A stretch of DNA of 35,360 bases from contig DATLHT010000008.1 in the NCBI GenBank assembly GCA_035539795.1, forward strand, positions 1 to 35,360. Reading direction: 5' to 3'. The DNA comes from Burkholderiaceae bacterium (GTDB lineage Bacteria > Pseudomonadota > Gammaproteobacteria > Burkholderiales > Burkholderiaceae). The notes under the pieces were generated by a model. The model made no database searches, had not been told where the DNA came from, and saw only the letters and a list, made by a program, of their open reading frames with translations. A program made the translations under genes and the position numbers. Position 1 is the stretch's first letter; each line of letters opens with the position of its first letter. Shown here piece by piece: positions 1 through 9,635 of the stretch.

Positions 1-2
1 AA

Positions 3-857
3 GTGCTGTTGCGCGAGCAGCCCGATGCAGTGCTTGCCCAGGGAGACACAACGACGGTCATGACCGTGGCATTGGCATGCTTCTATCGAAATATTCCACT
101 GGGTCATGTCGAGGCAGGATTGCGTACAGGGGATCTTCGGAATCCGTTTCCCGAAGAGATGAATCGTGTCTTCGCAGGCTTGCTCGCTCGTTGGCATTTT
201 GCGCCTACTGAGTCATCACGAGATAACCTGTTACGTGAGCACCTTCCGGCGGATCGTATTTTTCTCACGGGCAACACCGTAATCGATGCATTGCTCGACG
301 TCGCTGATCGATGTGACCATGCGGCGCCCGTTGTTGTGCCAGGCCGCAAACTTGTACTAGTGACTGCGCATCGCCGTGAAAATTTTGGTCAGCCTTTTGA
401 GGCCATCTGCCGTGCAGTCAAGGAACTGGTCCTCAGGAATGAGGACGTGGAGGTTCTGTATCCTGTCCATCCCAACCCAAACGTCAAGGAAATAGCTTAC
501 AAGATGCTGGGAGGACTGCCCCGAACAACATTGTGCGAGCCGCTCGATTACCTGCCCTTCGTCGCCGCGATGAAGTCCGCTTATTTGATTCTGAGTGATT
601 CAGGCGGCGTACAAGAGGAAGCCCCGGCACTTGCGAAACCAGTACTCGTATTGCGTCGCGAAACAGAGCGGCCCGAGGCCGTGGACGCTGGCGTGGTGAA
701 GCTGGTTGGTGCTGATTACGATGGCATCTTGAGTGAGGCGCAAATCCTTTTGCGCGATAAGGATGCATATGCAGCCATGGCCCGTGGCGTTTCGCCTTAT
801 GGCGATGGTCACGCGGCGCAGCGAATTGTGGAAACCCTGCGCAAGCACTTCATCTGA
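3..857 (+). CDS. wecB: UDP-N-acetylglucosamine 2-epimerase (non-hydrolysing), 5'-truncated by the window edge
   Basis: Family motifs QGDTTT, GHVEAGLR, PFPEEMNR, TAHRREN, SDSGGVQEEAP, TERPEAV and PYGDGHAA; reading frame open from the window start. Confidence 0.95.
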   Translation: MLLREQPDAVLAQGDTTTVMTVALACFYRNIPLGHVEAGLRTGDLRNPFPEEMNRVFAGLLARWHFAPTESSRDNLLREHLPADRIFLTGNTVIDALLDVADRCDHAAPVVVPGRKLVLVTAHRRENFGQPFEAICRAVKELVLRNEDVEVLYPVHPNPNVKEIAYKMLGGLPRTTLCEPLDYLPFVAAMKSAYLILSDSGGVQEEAPALAKPVLVLRRETERPEAVDAGVVKLVGADYDGILSEAQILLRDKDAYAAMARGVSPYGDGHAAQRIVETLRKHFI

Positions 858-1963
858 TGCAACTGCTCTACCTGTCTCCACTCCCTTGGTCTAGCTTCGC
901 CCAGCGGCCGCATAAGCTTGTAGAGTGGTTTCATGCCGAAACTGGAGGGCGTGTTCTATGGATCGATCCCTATCCTACGCGCTTGCCGAGATTAAGTGAT
1001 CTCAATCGATTGCGGGCGACGCCGTCTCCTGCCGTGACGGACATTCCGGTGTGGCTGGATGTGGTACGGCCCATGGCTTTGCCGATTGAGCCATTGCCCT
1101 TGAGCGGTTGGTTTAATCGCCTGGTTTGGAGTGACACGCTTCGCACAATCAAGCATTTCATTGCACAGGGTGACACGATGCTCGGTCTGGGAAAACCATC
1201 GGTTCTCGGTTTGCAGGTGCTCTCCCGCGGGCCTTTTCACAGAACCTTCTACGATGCTATGGACGACTTCGCAGCGTTCTACCACGGCTATTCCAGGCAC
1301 GTAATGCGTGAGCGAGAACTGCAGACGATTACGCGCACTGATATGGTATTTGCATCGTCTTCCACCTTACGGGCCACCTGGCAAACAGTTCGTCCGGACG
1401 TGCGGTTGATCCACAACGCTTGTGCGCCCGAAACGCTGCCGGACGTAGTCGGACGATCCAAGAATCTGCGGCCTGTGCTCGGTTACGTCGGTACCATCGC
1501 AGCATGGTTCGATTGGGAGCTTATCATCATGCTGGCACATTCGTGTCCGGATGTTTGCATACGTCTTATCGGGCCGATTTTTGTGGCTCCTCCTGGCGAT
1601 TTGCCGCCGAATATTGAAATGCTGCCGCCCTGTAATCACGCTGACGCGATGCGCCATGCGCAGGCATTTGATATTGGGCTCATTCCGTTTCGCCTCAACC
1701 AGTTGACCGATTCGGTGGATCCGATTAAGTACTACGAATATCGCGCCCTGGGCCTTCCCGTGCTGACCACTTCTTTCGGTGAAATGCGTTTTAGATCAAG
1801 GGAGCCAGGCGTCTATATGCTGGAACGGGGGACCGATCTTTCAGCCCTGGTGACATCGGCCTTGTCAATCTACTCGGCGGCGGGAAGAGACGATGCATTG
1901 CAGTTCCGGGAGCGAAACTCATGGAGCGCTCGATTTCGGGCAACAGGCTTGCTGTCGACGTGA
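857..1963 (+). CDS. Glycosyltransferase, GT-B/GT4-like (TuaH-like)
   Basis: N-terminal QRPHKL, YDAMDD, GYVGTIAAWFD and C-terminal DPIKYYEYRALGLPV; TGATG overlap with wecB stop. Confidence 0.8.
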   Translation: MQLLYLSPLPWSSFAQRPHKLVEWFHAETGGRVLWIDPYPTRLPRLSDLNRLRATPSPAVTDIPVWLDVVRPMALPIEPLPLSGWFNRLVWSDTLRTIKHFIAQGDTMLGLGKPSVLGLQVLSRGPFHRTFYDAMDDFAAFYHGYSRHVMRERELQTITRTDMVFASSSTLRATWQTVRPDVRLIHNACAPETLPDVVGRSKNLRPVLGYVGTIAAWFDWELIIMLAHSCPDVCIRLIGPIFVAPPGDLPPNIEMLPPCNHADAMRHAQAFDIGLIPFRLNQLTDSVDPIKYYEYRALGLPVLTTSFGEMRFRSREPGVYMLERGTDLSALVTSALSIYSAAGRDDALQFRERNSWSARFRATGLLST

Positions 1964-2012
1964 ATGATTCGAAATGCCACATGGTATATTCGGCGAGTCA
2001 AGGACCCTCCCT

Positions 2013-2759
2013 ATGTTGACAGTGTCGGTGGTGAGTCATGGCCAAGGCCAATTGCTGCGCCCATTGCTGGACCAGTTGGATATTCAGGCTGCTAGCATAC
2101 CGATGCGGGTGGTGCTGACGGAAAACCTTGGGCCCGCCATCCTGCCGGATTTTGCGCCGCAACATTTTGAACTGAAGGTGTTGCGCAATCCCGCACCAAA
2201 GGGTTTTGGGGCCAACCATAACGCTGCATTTGACTATTGCATCGGCGATCACTTTGCGGTTTTGAATCCGGACGTACGCCTCGAACGGGATAGCATGAGG
2301 CATCTTGTGGACCAGGTGTGTCAACGTCCTGGCGTGGCCGGACCCCGCGTTGTGACAACAAACGGCAGCGTGGAGGATAGTGCGCGACGCCTGCCCAGTG
2401 TCAGGCGCTTGGTGCGTAGAGTGATCATGAATGAGCGTCTCCCTGACTATGATGTGAAGAACACAGTACAGTCGGTAGATTGGCTCGCAGGGATGTGTAT
2501 GGTGTTTGACCGTCGCAGCTTTGCCATAGTTGAGGGATTCGACGAACGCTATCATCTCTATTGCGAGGACGTTGATATCTGCTTGCGATTGCACTTGGCC
2601 GGACTCAACGTAACATGGGTGCAGTCCGCCATCGTCGAGCATTCTGCTCGACGTGATAGTCACAGGAACCTGCGTTATCTTCTGTGGCATGTGCGCAGTG
2701 TGCTGCGCCTGTTGGTGTCTCCAGCCTATCGGCGATACCGTGCATTGCATCTCAAATAA
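2013..2759 (+). CDS. GT2 glycosyltransferase (WbbL/rhamnosyltransferase-like)
   Basis: GFGANHN, VLNPDV, GFDERYHLYCEDVDIC motifs; start moved from 1974 to ATG 2013 (AGGA at 2001-2004, MLTVSVVSHG is a typical GT2 N-terminus). Confidence 0.85.
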   Translation: MLTVSVVSHGQGQLLRPLLDQLDIQAASIPMRVVLTENLGPAILPDFAPQHFELKVLRNPAPKGFGANHNAAFDYCIGDHFAVLNPDVRLERDSMRHLVDQVCQRPGVAGPRVVTTNGSVEDSARRLPSVRRLVRRVIMNERLPDYDVKNTVQSVDWLAGMCMVFDRRSFAIVEGFDERYHLYCEDVDICLRLHLAGLNVTWVQSAIVEHSARRDSHRNLRYLLWHVRSVLRLLVSPAYRRYRALHLK

Positions 2760-2789
2760 GACATAGAACCCACGCCATTCATACCAGCC

Positions 2790-3863
2790 ATGTTCGATTT
2801 CTTTTGGGTGCCGCTGTTTTCAGCCCTCGTCTGTGTTCTTGCCGTCTTGCTGTTGCGCCCGCTTGCGTTCCGAGGCGGGTTGCTCGATCGACCCGGCGGA
2901 CGTAAGCAACATAGCGGTAACGTTCCGCTGATCGGCGGGATCGCGGTAACTATTGCCGTAAGCGTCAGTGCGCTGATTTTCCTGTATTCGAAGGGATATT
3001 ACGTTTCACTGTTGGCCGGCCTGATCGTGCTAGCACTCGGAGGAATGATCGATGATCTCCGTGGTATTGCACCCGTGCCAAAACTCGGCATCCAATTGTT
3101 TGCAGCCATCTTAATGACGTCGTGGGGGAATGTTTATCTGCACTCCCTCGGTGATATTTTTGCTCGCCGTGAGATCGAACTGCTCAATTGGGGGATCCCG
3201 CTCACCTTGTTCGCTGTGGTCTCGCTCGTCAATGCGATGAATATGATTGATGGCTTGGATGGACTTGCAGGCGGAATGGCTTTCATGATCTTCGGATGGA
3301 TGGCTTATCTCGCCGGAGAGGTCGGGAACCTGCCCGCGCAGCGCATGTGTGTGATCTTCTGTGGTGGGATTTTTGGGTTTCTGTTGTTTAACATGCGGAA
3401 TCCGGTGCGCGGAGACCGGCGTATCTTTCTTGGCGATGCCGGCAGCATGATGATTGGATACGGTATCGTGTGGTTTGCAGTGGAGCTATCGCAGAAAAGC
3501 TATAACGGTGGAGTCAGCGTTCCGCCAGTCGTCATGCTCTGGATTGTCGGGTTCCTGCTCATTGATCTGCTTGCCGTCGTGGCGCGGCGGGTTATCAAGG
3601 GTCGCAACCCTCTGTATGCCGATCGTACCCATATGCACCATATCCTGCTCAGACTGCATGTATCGCAGGAAGCGATCGTTTGGCTGATTCTTGGAAGTAA
3701 TATGCTTTTGGGACTGATCGGTGTGATCGCTTGGAAGCAAGGGGCATCCGAGCAGTCCTTATTTCTCGGCTTTCTGATACTGACGGCCGGCCACTTGATG
3801 GCGATGCGCCATGCATGGCGCTTCATTCGAGTCGGCCGACGTGTCTTCGGGCGCAGGCGCTAA
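2790..3863 (+). CDS. wecA: Undecaprenyl-phosphate GlcNAc-1-phosphate transferase-like (WecA/MraY family)
   Basis: Polytopic membrane protein with DRPGGRKQH, GMIDD, NAMNMIDGLDGLA, IFLGDAGS and DRTHMHH motifs. Confidence 0.88.
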   Translation: MFDFFWVPLFSALVCVLAVLLLRPLAFRGGLLDRPGGRKQHSGNVPLIGGIAVTIAVSVSALIFLYSKGYYVSLLAGLIVLALGGMIDDLRGIAPVPKLGIQLFAAILMTSWGNVYLHSLGDIFARREIELLNWGIPLTLFAVVSLVNAMNMIDGLDGLAGGMAFMIFGWMAYLAGEVGNLPAQRMCVIFCGGIFGFLLFNMRNPVRGDRRIFLGDAGSMMIGYGIVWFAVELSQKSYNGGVSVPPVVMLWIVGFLLIDLLAVVARRVIKGRNPLYADRTHMHHILLRLHVSQEAIVWLILGSNMLLGLIGVIAWKQGASEQSLFLGFLILTAGHLMAMRHAWRFIRVGRRVFGRRR

Positions 3864-3881
3864 GGGTACCTTCCGGGCATA

Positions 3882-5042
3882 CTAAACTGTACGGACGCGC
3901 TGGCGATGAGTGATGCCTTCTAAGGTCTGAATCACGCGGTCAATTTCCTCGTTTGCAATACCGACCCAAAGAGGCAGGCGTACCAGACGCTCAGACTGAA
4001 AATTGGTGACATCCAGGTCGCCGTGAGTGCGGCCATACCGCTGCCCAGCTGGAGAGGAGTGAAGGGGAATATAATGAAATACCGAACCGATTCCCTCTTG
4101 CTTCAGCTCATTTAGTACCATTTGACGATCAATCTCCGGCGCCAGGAGAATGTAATACATATGGGCATTGTGTTCGCAATCGGCAGGTATGATCGGACGG
4201 CGCAATACACCTTGTTTCTCCAGGCCTTCTAGGCCTACATGATAGCGATGCCAACTCGCCAGGCGCGCTTGGGTAATTCTTTCCGCCACCTCCAGTTGTG
4301 CCCACAAAAACGCGGCAATCAATTCACCAGGCAGAAATGACGATCCAACTTCCTGCCATGTATACTTGTCGACTTCTCCACGGAAGAATCGACTCCGGTC
4401 TGTACCTTTTTCTCGAATGATTTCCGCACGATGAATCAGCCCTGGATCGTTCACCAAAATTGCGCCGCCTTCACCAGAGATGACATTCTTGGTTTCATGG
4501 AAGCTATAGGCTCCCAGGTCACCGATGCTGCCCAGCGCCTTACCCTGATATCGTGCCATGACCCCTTGTGCGGCGTCTTCAATGACCTTAAGTCCATGTC
4601 GTTGCGCAATTGCCAAAATAGCGTTCATCTCACACGATACGCCGGCATAGTGTACCGCCACGATTGCGCGAGTACGTAGCGTAATCGCTTCCTCGATTTT
4701 CTGTTCATCCAAATTCAGTGTGTCTTCGCGAATGTCGACGAACACCGGAATAGCGCCACGCAGAACAAAGGCATTAGCCGTGGAAACAAAAGTGTAGGAC
4801 GGCATGATCACTTCGTCGCCTGGTTGTAGGTCGAGAAGAAGGGCTGCCATCTCCAAGGCAGCTGTGCAGGAATGGGTCAATAGCGCTTTGCTGCATACCG
4901 CTTGCATTTCCAGCCATTCATGGCATTTTTTTGTGAAAGGGCCATCCCCTGCGAGGCGCCCGTTGAAATGACATTCTGCAATGTAATAGAGCTCTTTGCC
5001 CGTCATGTGAGGCCAATTGAAAGGGATATTGCTGGGTTTCAT
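3882..5042 (-). CDS. rffA: dTDP-4-amino-4,6-dideoxygalactose transaminase (DegT/DnrJ family)
   Basis: SCTAALEMAA, PSYTFVSTANAF, IEDAAQG, SFHETKN (PLP lysine), EKGTDRSRFFRGEVDKYTW typical of WecE/RffA. Confidence 0.92.
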   Translation of the reverse strand: MKPSNIPFNWPHMTGKELYYIAECHFNGRLAGDGPFTKKCHEWLEMQAVCSKALLTHSCTAALEMAALLLDLQPGDEVIMPSYTFVSTANAFVLRGAIPVFVDIREDTLNLDEQKIEEAITLRTRAIVAVHYAGVSCEMNAILAIAQRHGLKVIEDAAQGVMARYQGKALGSIGDLGAYSFHETKNVISGEGGAILVNDPGLIHRAEIIREKGTDRSRFFRGEVDKYTWQEVGSSFLPGELIAAFLWAQLEVAERITQARLASWHRYHVGLEGLEKQGVLRRPIIPADCEHNAHMYYILLAPEIDRQMVLNELKQEGIGSVFHYIPLHSSPAGQRYGRTHGDLDVTNFQSERLVRLPLWVGIANEEIDRVIQTLEGITHRQRVRTV

Positions 5043-5067
5043 ATGAGGAGGCTCTAATAAATGGACG

Positions 5068-6708
5068 CTAGTGATGCGGGAGCTGTGCTTGTGTAGGCAG
5101 AGAGGCAGCTGAATCTTGGACGCAGCGCACTACGTTGATAATCACACTTCCGTGCGCTTGGCTTGCAAGTATCGATAATGTCCCACGTTGCCGCTCTTTG
5201 CAATAGAGCGAAAGTAGCGCCAGCCGGGGTTCATGCGCAATCATTGGCAAGCCATCTTTACTCAACAGGCGGGTCAGCAGTGACTTGTTGCCGAGGTGGG
5301 TACTATGCGCATAACCCGTCGGAGCAAGCGTGGTGACCCCGAGGCCCGCGAGTTTGAAAGAAAGATTGTGGGGTGGAATGTGCAGCACTGGATAAACTGC
5401 CTCGAACGGGAACACGCCTCCCCAGATGGAAACCGGGTCGGTCGGGAAATGTGCTAGTGACTTTTGCATATCCGCGGCGCTTCGCGTGTAACTCACTGAG
5501 ATGTGTACGGTCTGGTCTGAATTGATGTAGGCACACGCTGTACAAACCATCAGGGCAGCAAGCCGTCGCATCTGTGCGGGAACTGAGCATAGCAGCGGTG
5601 CTATGACCAAGAGCGAAAGCAACGGGATATAGACGCGAAGGGCACCAGGCCTGCCCAGTAAACCGAACGTGAGAATAGCGGCGAGAAACAGCGCCCAACA
5701 TATGCTTACGCGGATTGATGGAATAATTACAAACATCGAGACTGCAGCAACTGTGAGCGGCAGCAGCGAAGGGTGCGCGAGTGTTGTGATGCCTTGCCAC
5801 GCGTTGGCAAGTGTACTCTTGGCGGCGGGGATCGGGCCGAGATCGCGTAGCATCTGGCCAAGTTTGATCGGGTCGGCTACCAATGGATCAATGAAGAACC
5901 AATTACTCACCAAATCAATGTCATTTGCTGTGTAGCCATACTGGGTGGCGATCCCGAGGTGCTGTTTCAGGTGAGCGCCGGCGCCATAGTCTGTAAACAT
6001 GGCTCTGACCGGATTCAGTGCATTGTATGCCTTCCATCCGTGCTCGGAATATGTGTGGCTATCCAGAAAAAAACCAGCAACACATAGCCCTAGCAATACG
6101 AAGAGTGCCCAGCGGCAATCATTGCGCCGCAGAATCGCTTTCCAGTCGAAAAGCGGCAAAGCAATAAGTACAACAATGTAGAACTCAAGGTTACGAATAA
6201 AATATCCGCCGCATGCCAGTGCAACGGCTGCAACAAGCTGGATCCTGTTGCCACTTTCTAGGAATAGTCGCAGCAAGAGAAGCGCAGATATTGAGAGCAG
6301 GCCGGCATTGATCGTAAATTGCGGAAAAAGCGTTGGCCGCAACATGATGAGTACGAACAACGCCATCGTCAGCGCAATGCCCAGGCCGCGTTGTAGACAA
6401 AAATAAAGTAGGGTAGATCCTGAGATAAGTAGGACCGCCAGTGTTGCCAACGAATATCCCAGGATACCGCCGATGCTGGGGATCGTACTGACAATATGTC
6501 CCCAAACAGCGTTGGAGAAGAAAAGCGCCGGCGATGATTGCGCAAAGAGTCCGTAACCGTGCGCTGCCATCGACATCGCGACATCATCGTTCGTCATCCA
6601 GTGCGGAGTCAGAAAAAAGCAGAGTGCCGTAATGAAGCATCCTGACAGTAGGGCGGCGTACCATGCTGTGCGAGATGTCGCAACTGTAGCGTGAGCGGGC
6701 TTATCCAC
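5068..6708 (-). CDS. Polytopic membrane protein, putative GT-C-fold lipid-linked sugar transferase
   Basis: About 10 hydrophobic segments; acidic pair (TNDDVAM) in the loop after the first TM; GTG start overlapping the upstream stop by 8 nt. Function inferred from context. Confidence 0.6.
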   Translation of the reverse strand: MDKPAHATVATSRTAWYAALLSGCFITALCFFLTPHWMTNDDVAMSMAAHGYGLFAQSSPALFFSNAVWGHIVSTIPSIGGILGYSLATLAVLLISGSTLLYFCLQRGLGIALTMALFVLIMLRPTLFPQFTINAGLLSISALLLLRLFLESGNRIQLVAAVALACGGYFIRNLEFYIVVLIALPLFDWKAILRRNDCRWALFVLLGLCVAGFFLDSHTYSEHGWKAYNALNPVRAMFTDYGAGAHLKQHLGIATQYGYTANDIDLVSNWFFIDPLVADPIKLGQMLRDLGPIPAAKSTLANAWQGITTLAHPSLLPLTVAAVSMFVIIPSIRVSICWALFLAAILTFGLLGRPGALRVYIPLLSLLVIAPLLCSVPAQMRRLAALMVCTACAYINSDQTVHISVSYTRSAADMQKSLAHFPTDPVSIWGGVFPFEAVYPVLHIPPHNLSFKLAGLGVTTLAPTGYAHSTHLGNKSLLTRLLSKDGLPMIAHEPRLALLSLYCKERQRGTLSILASQAHGSVIINVVRCVQDSAASLPTQAQLPHH

Positions 6709-7075
6709 GCGCTGTCACCACGGTGCCTAGCACGATCAAGATGACACCCAGTACGCGATTAGCCGTAAGAGGCTCATTCAACAGCCATGCGCTCAACACG
6801 AGCACGATGACAAAATTCAAACTCATGAACGGATAGGCGTGACTCAGATCGAATCTCGTCATTGCCGCTATCCATGCCATTGACGCCAGGAAGGCAGCGA
6901 CAAATCCGGAGAAAATCATGGGGTCTAGCAAGGTCGAGAATACAAAAAAAATCTTCTCACGCATGCCTTGTGGCATGGGGCCTAACTGGGACATCCGCCA
7001 CTTGATGATTAACTGCCCATACACCGTGAAGCTGATGGTAGCCAGTATGTAGAAATAGTCGGTCAGGCGAGTCAT
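6701..7075 (-). CDS. SMR/EamA-family 4-TM protein (ArnE/ArnF-like undecaprenyl-phosphate-sugar flippase candidate)
   Basis: 124 aa, four hydrophobic helices, GQLIIK and LSHAYPFMSLNFV...LLNEP motifs. Confidence 0.8.
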   Translation of the reverse strand: MTRLTDYFYILATISFTVYGQLIIKWRMSQLGPMPQGMREKIFFVFSTLLDPMIFSGFVAAFLASMAWIAAMTRFDLSHAYPFMSLNFVIVLVLSAWLLNEPLTANRVLGVILIVLGTVVTARG

Positions 7076-7132
7076 GTTTAAGCTTCATGGACACCGGGGT
7101 TAGTTTTCAGCGTGTCTATTTCTCTAAAACGA

Positions 7133-7801
7133 TTAATCCACGCAAACGCCATCCGCCGATGGCAGGTACTTGATCGTCTTGGCAGGTGCGCCATGAATTT
7201 GCACGAGCGGTCCGGCATCGTGGGTCACTAGAGACTGGGCACCAACCAAGACGTCATCGCCAATATGCAGGCCTTGCAGAACAACGGCGGAAAATCCGAG
7301 AAACGTGCGGTTGCCAATCCTTGCTCCCCCGCCAATCGTTACATTGCTGGCAAAGAAACTATGGCTGCCAATTTTTGTGTCATGGCAGATGGTTGTATTG
7401 GACCAAAAAACGTTGTTATTTCCCAGCTGCACATCCGGCTCGATCACGCAGCCTGGCATGAAAAAATTGTTGTCGCCAAGGGAGGTTCCATTGGCGATGA
7501 ACGCCGAGTGCGCCGCGATGTTGATCAATGTATAACCGCGCAGCTTTGCTTCGGCGTACAGCGACTCGCGCACAATCATGCGCTTGTAGCCGATGGCCAT
7601 ATAGAGGTCTGCAGCAGTAGGGGGGAACTCATGTAACAGATCTTCCCAACAATACACGGGTTGGTCCAGATATGTCGCCATGTCTCGATAGGCTTTATGA
7701 ACCACGAAACCGGCGACTTCTCGCTGCATGTCTTCTTTAAGGTAGTAGTGCGCCAACTTTGATAAAGGCGATGTACCAAAAATCAGGACAGGCTTAGCCA
7801 T
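7133..7801 (-). CDS. Sugar acetyltransferase, NeuD/PglD-like left-handed beta-helix
   Basis: N-terminal Rossmann-like LIFG, MAIG motif, hexapeptide repeats (LGDNNF, LGNNNV, IGSHSF, IGNRTF, IGDDVL) and ICHD His; ATG 7801 overlaps upstream TGA (alternative GTG 7804). Confidence 0.88.
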   Translation of the reverse strand: MAKPVLIFGTSPLSKLAHYYLKEDMQREVAGFVVHKAYRDMATYLDQPVYCWEDLLHEFPPTAADLYMAIGYKRMIVRESLYAEAKLRGYTLINIAAHSAFIANGTSLGDNNFFMPGCVIEPDVQLGNNNVFWSNTTICHDTKIGSHSFFASNVTIGGGARIGNRTFLGFSAVVLQGLHIGDDVLVGAQSLVTHDAGPLVQIHGAPAKTIKYLPSADGVCVD

Positions 7802-8661
7802 CACTTGATGAACACAAAGCGAAGATACTTAAAAAGCGGGGAGGACACAGGGGCTATCGAATTAAGGTACTCCTCGATTAACCTGGCCTCGTCGAGAGAC
7901 TGTTGGTGCATGACTTTAGCTTGCCCGAGGAACCATTCGTATTCCACGACACAGTCGGAAAAGCCAATCTCGCGCGCGACCCGCAACACTTCTTCCGGAT
8001 CGAACCCCTTAGCAATGGACTTGATCGGCTCAGCCTTTTCAAGAAGCGCGCCATCTATGCCAAAGTTTGATTGGTAATATTCGCCGTTGTGAAGTGCGCC
8101 TTTGATTTCGCGAATGACCGTTTCTGACGTGATGGGACGGTGGTCATCGATGGCCTCAGCATGCGCGATGCCCAAGATAAAGTCACGGTTAGGATTCAGG
8201 TCCGAGTAAAACCTGCCGCCGGGCTTGAGTACTCTGTAGACCTCGCGGAGGAAATCCTCATAGCTGTATAGGTGATCCATAAAAGAGTACGCTGTTGCGA
8301 AATCAAACACAGCGTCAGGGAAAGGCGTATGTTCAGCGATGGACTCATGCAGGAATACATTGCCGCTGGATAAGTCCACCTGCTTCATCATATCCACGGT
8401 GATATCCACACCGTGCACCTCCTGAACAAGATCCCGGATGAGATGGATGATAAATCCGGTACCACAGCCGAAATCGATGGCCTTGGCTTCCTTTGCCACT
8501 TGTGAGTTACCAAGCAGACGTTCAAGAATAGCCCGTACCTTTGCCTGATTCTCGGGGCGGAAATGCGGGCTCTTGTTGTATTCGCCAGTGTTGGCTAGCT
8601 GGGAGTGCACATAGATGTTGGCATCGAGTGCCTCGTTACGGGCTGGGTTGCTATCTTTCAT
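7801..8661 (-). CDS. Class I SAM-dependent methyltransferase
   Basis: IDFGCGTG motif I, GVDI, PFPDAVFD, EVYRVLKPGG; ATGA overlap with upstream gene. Confidence 0.88.
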   Translation of the reverse strand: MKDSNPARNEALDANIYVHSQLANTGEYNKSPHFRPENQAKVRAILERLLGNSQVAKEAKAIDFGCGTGFIIHLIRDLVQEVHGVDITVDMMKQVDLSSGNVFLHESIAEHTPFPDAVFDFATAYSFMDHLYSYEDFLREVYRVLKPGGRFYSDLNPNRDFILGIAHAEAIDDHRPITSETVIREIKGALHNGEYYQSNFGIDGALLEKAEPIKSIAKGFDPEEVLRVAREIGFSDCVVEYEWFLGQAKVMHQQSLDEARLIEEYLNSIAPVSSPLFKYLRFVFIK

Positions 8662-9632
8662 GCCGTGTCCTTGCAGGGGTTCGAGCTCATTTTTTTGACG
8701 TTGACCATGTCCTGTACTAAATATCGCGGGCGGCGCAAGACCTCTTCATACACCCGGAACAGATAGCTACCGATGATCCCAAGAGAAACCATGATGCTCC
8801 CCAGCGTCAGGCATAAAACCAGCAAAATCAAGGTTGAGCCACTGGGTAGTGAGGCACCGAACACCGCATACTGCAGGATAATCATGAGAGAGTAAATCAC
8901 GCAGCCAGTTAGCAGCAAGCCGCCGAAATACATCGACAGGCGATGCGGAATATCCGTATAGCTGATTAGTGAATTTGCTGCCAGCTTCAGCCGCTTTCGG
9001 AACGTGTACGAGCTCACGCCATGCGGACGTGCGATATACGGCAACTCAACAAAGGCGGCTCGGTATCCTATATAGAACATCAGCGGCCCATACAGTACGT
9101 TGACTTCCCGGAATTGCAGCAGTGCGTGCAGAACGTTCTTCTTGAATGCTCTGAAGGTGCCAATGTTCACTGGAACGTCTGTGTTCACGATCTTCGAGAA
9201 GATACGGTGATACAACGCCGATGACAGGCGAGTTGAAATTTTCCGGTCAGCGGTCTTGCGAATGGTGTAGACGATATCAGCATCGTCTCTTTGCAGAGCC
9301 TCTAAAAGCGCAGGAATGTGCTCCGGACTATCTTGCAGATCGGCGTCCATCAGAATCACGCTCTCCCCTCGCGCGTGCTCAAATCCTGCGCAGATCGCCG
9401 GATGTTGCCCGAAATTGCGAGAAAGAATAATCGCCTTGAAACGCAGATTCGAGGCGCAGAGCTTGTGTAGCTCTACCGTGGAGTCATCTCTGCTTCCATC
9501 ATTAATAAAGATAACTTCATAGTTTGGTGCGCAGCTGGAAAGAGATACATCCAACCGCTGCCCCAACTCCTGAAGTGAGCGCGCGTTGTTATAGACCGGA
9601 ATGATGACGCTGACGTCGATGTGTTGGTCCAT
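8658..9632 (-). CDS. Polyprenol-phosphate glycosyltransferase (GT2, ArnC/GtrB-like)
   Basis: IPVYN, INDGSRD, LSRNFGQHPA, MDADLQD, two C-terminal TM helices and RRPRYLV. Confidence 0.9.
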   Translation of the reverse strand: MDQHIDVSVIIPVYNNARSLQELGQRLDVSLSSCAPNYEVIFINDGSRDDSTVELHKLCASNLRFKAIILSRNFGQHPAICAGFEHARGESVILMDADLQDSPEHIPALLEALQRDDADIVYTIRKTADRKISTRLSSALYHRIFSKIVNTDVPVNIGTFRAFKKNVLHALLQFREVNVLYGPLMFYIGYRAAFVELPYIARPHGVSSYTFRKRLKLAANSLISYTDIPHRLSMYFGGLLLTGCVIYSLMIILQYAVFGASLPSGSTLILLVLCLTLGSIMVSLGIIGSYLFRVYEEVLRRPRYLVQDMVNVKKMSSNPCKDTA

Positions 9633-9635
9633 GCG

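Noticed and set aside
6944-6951. A8 tract (T8 on the coding strand) in the SMR-like gene, and A7 tracts at 6067 and 12109, as phase-variation sites
   Set aside because: Short and explained by Phe/Ile/Lys codons in AT-rich membrane genes; frames are intact
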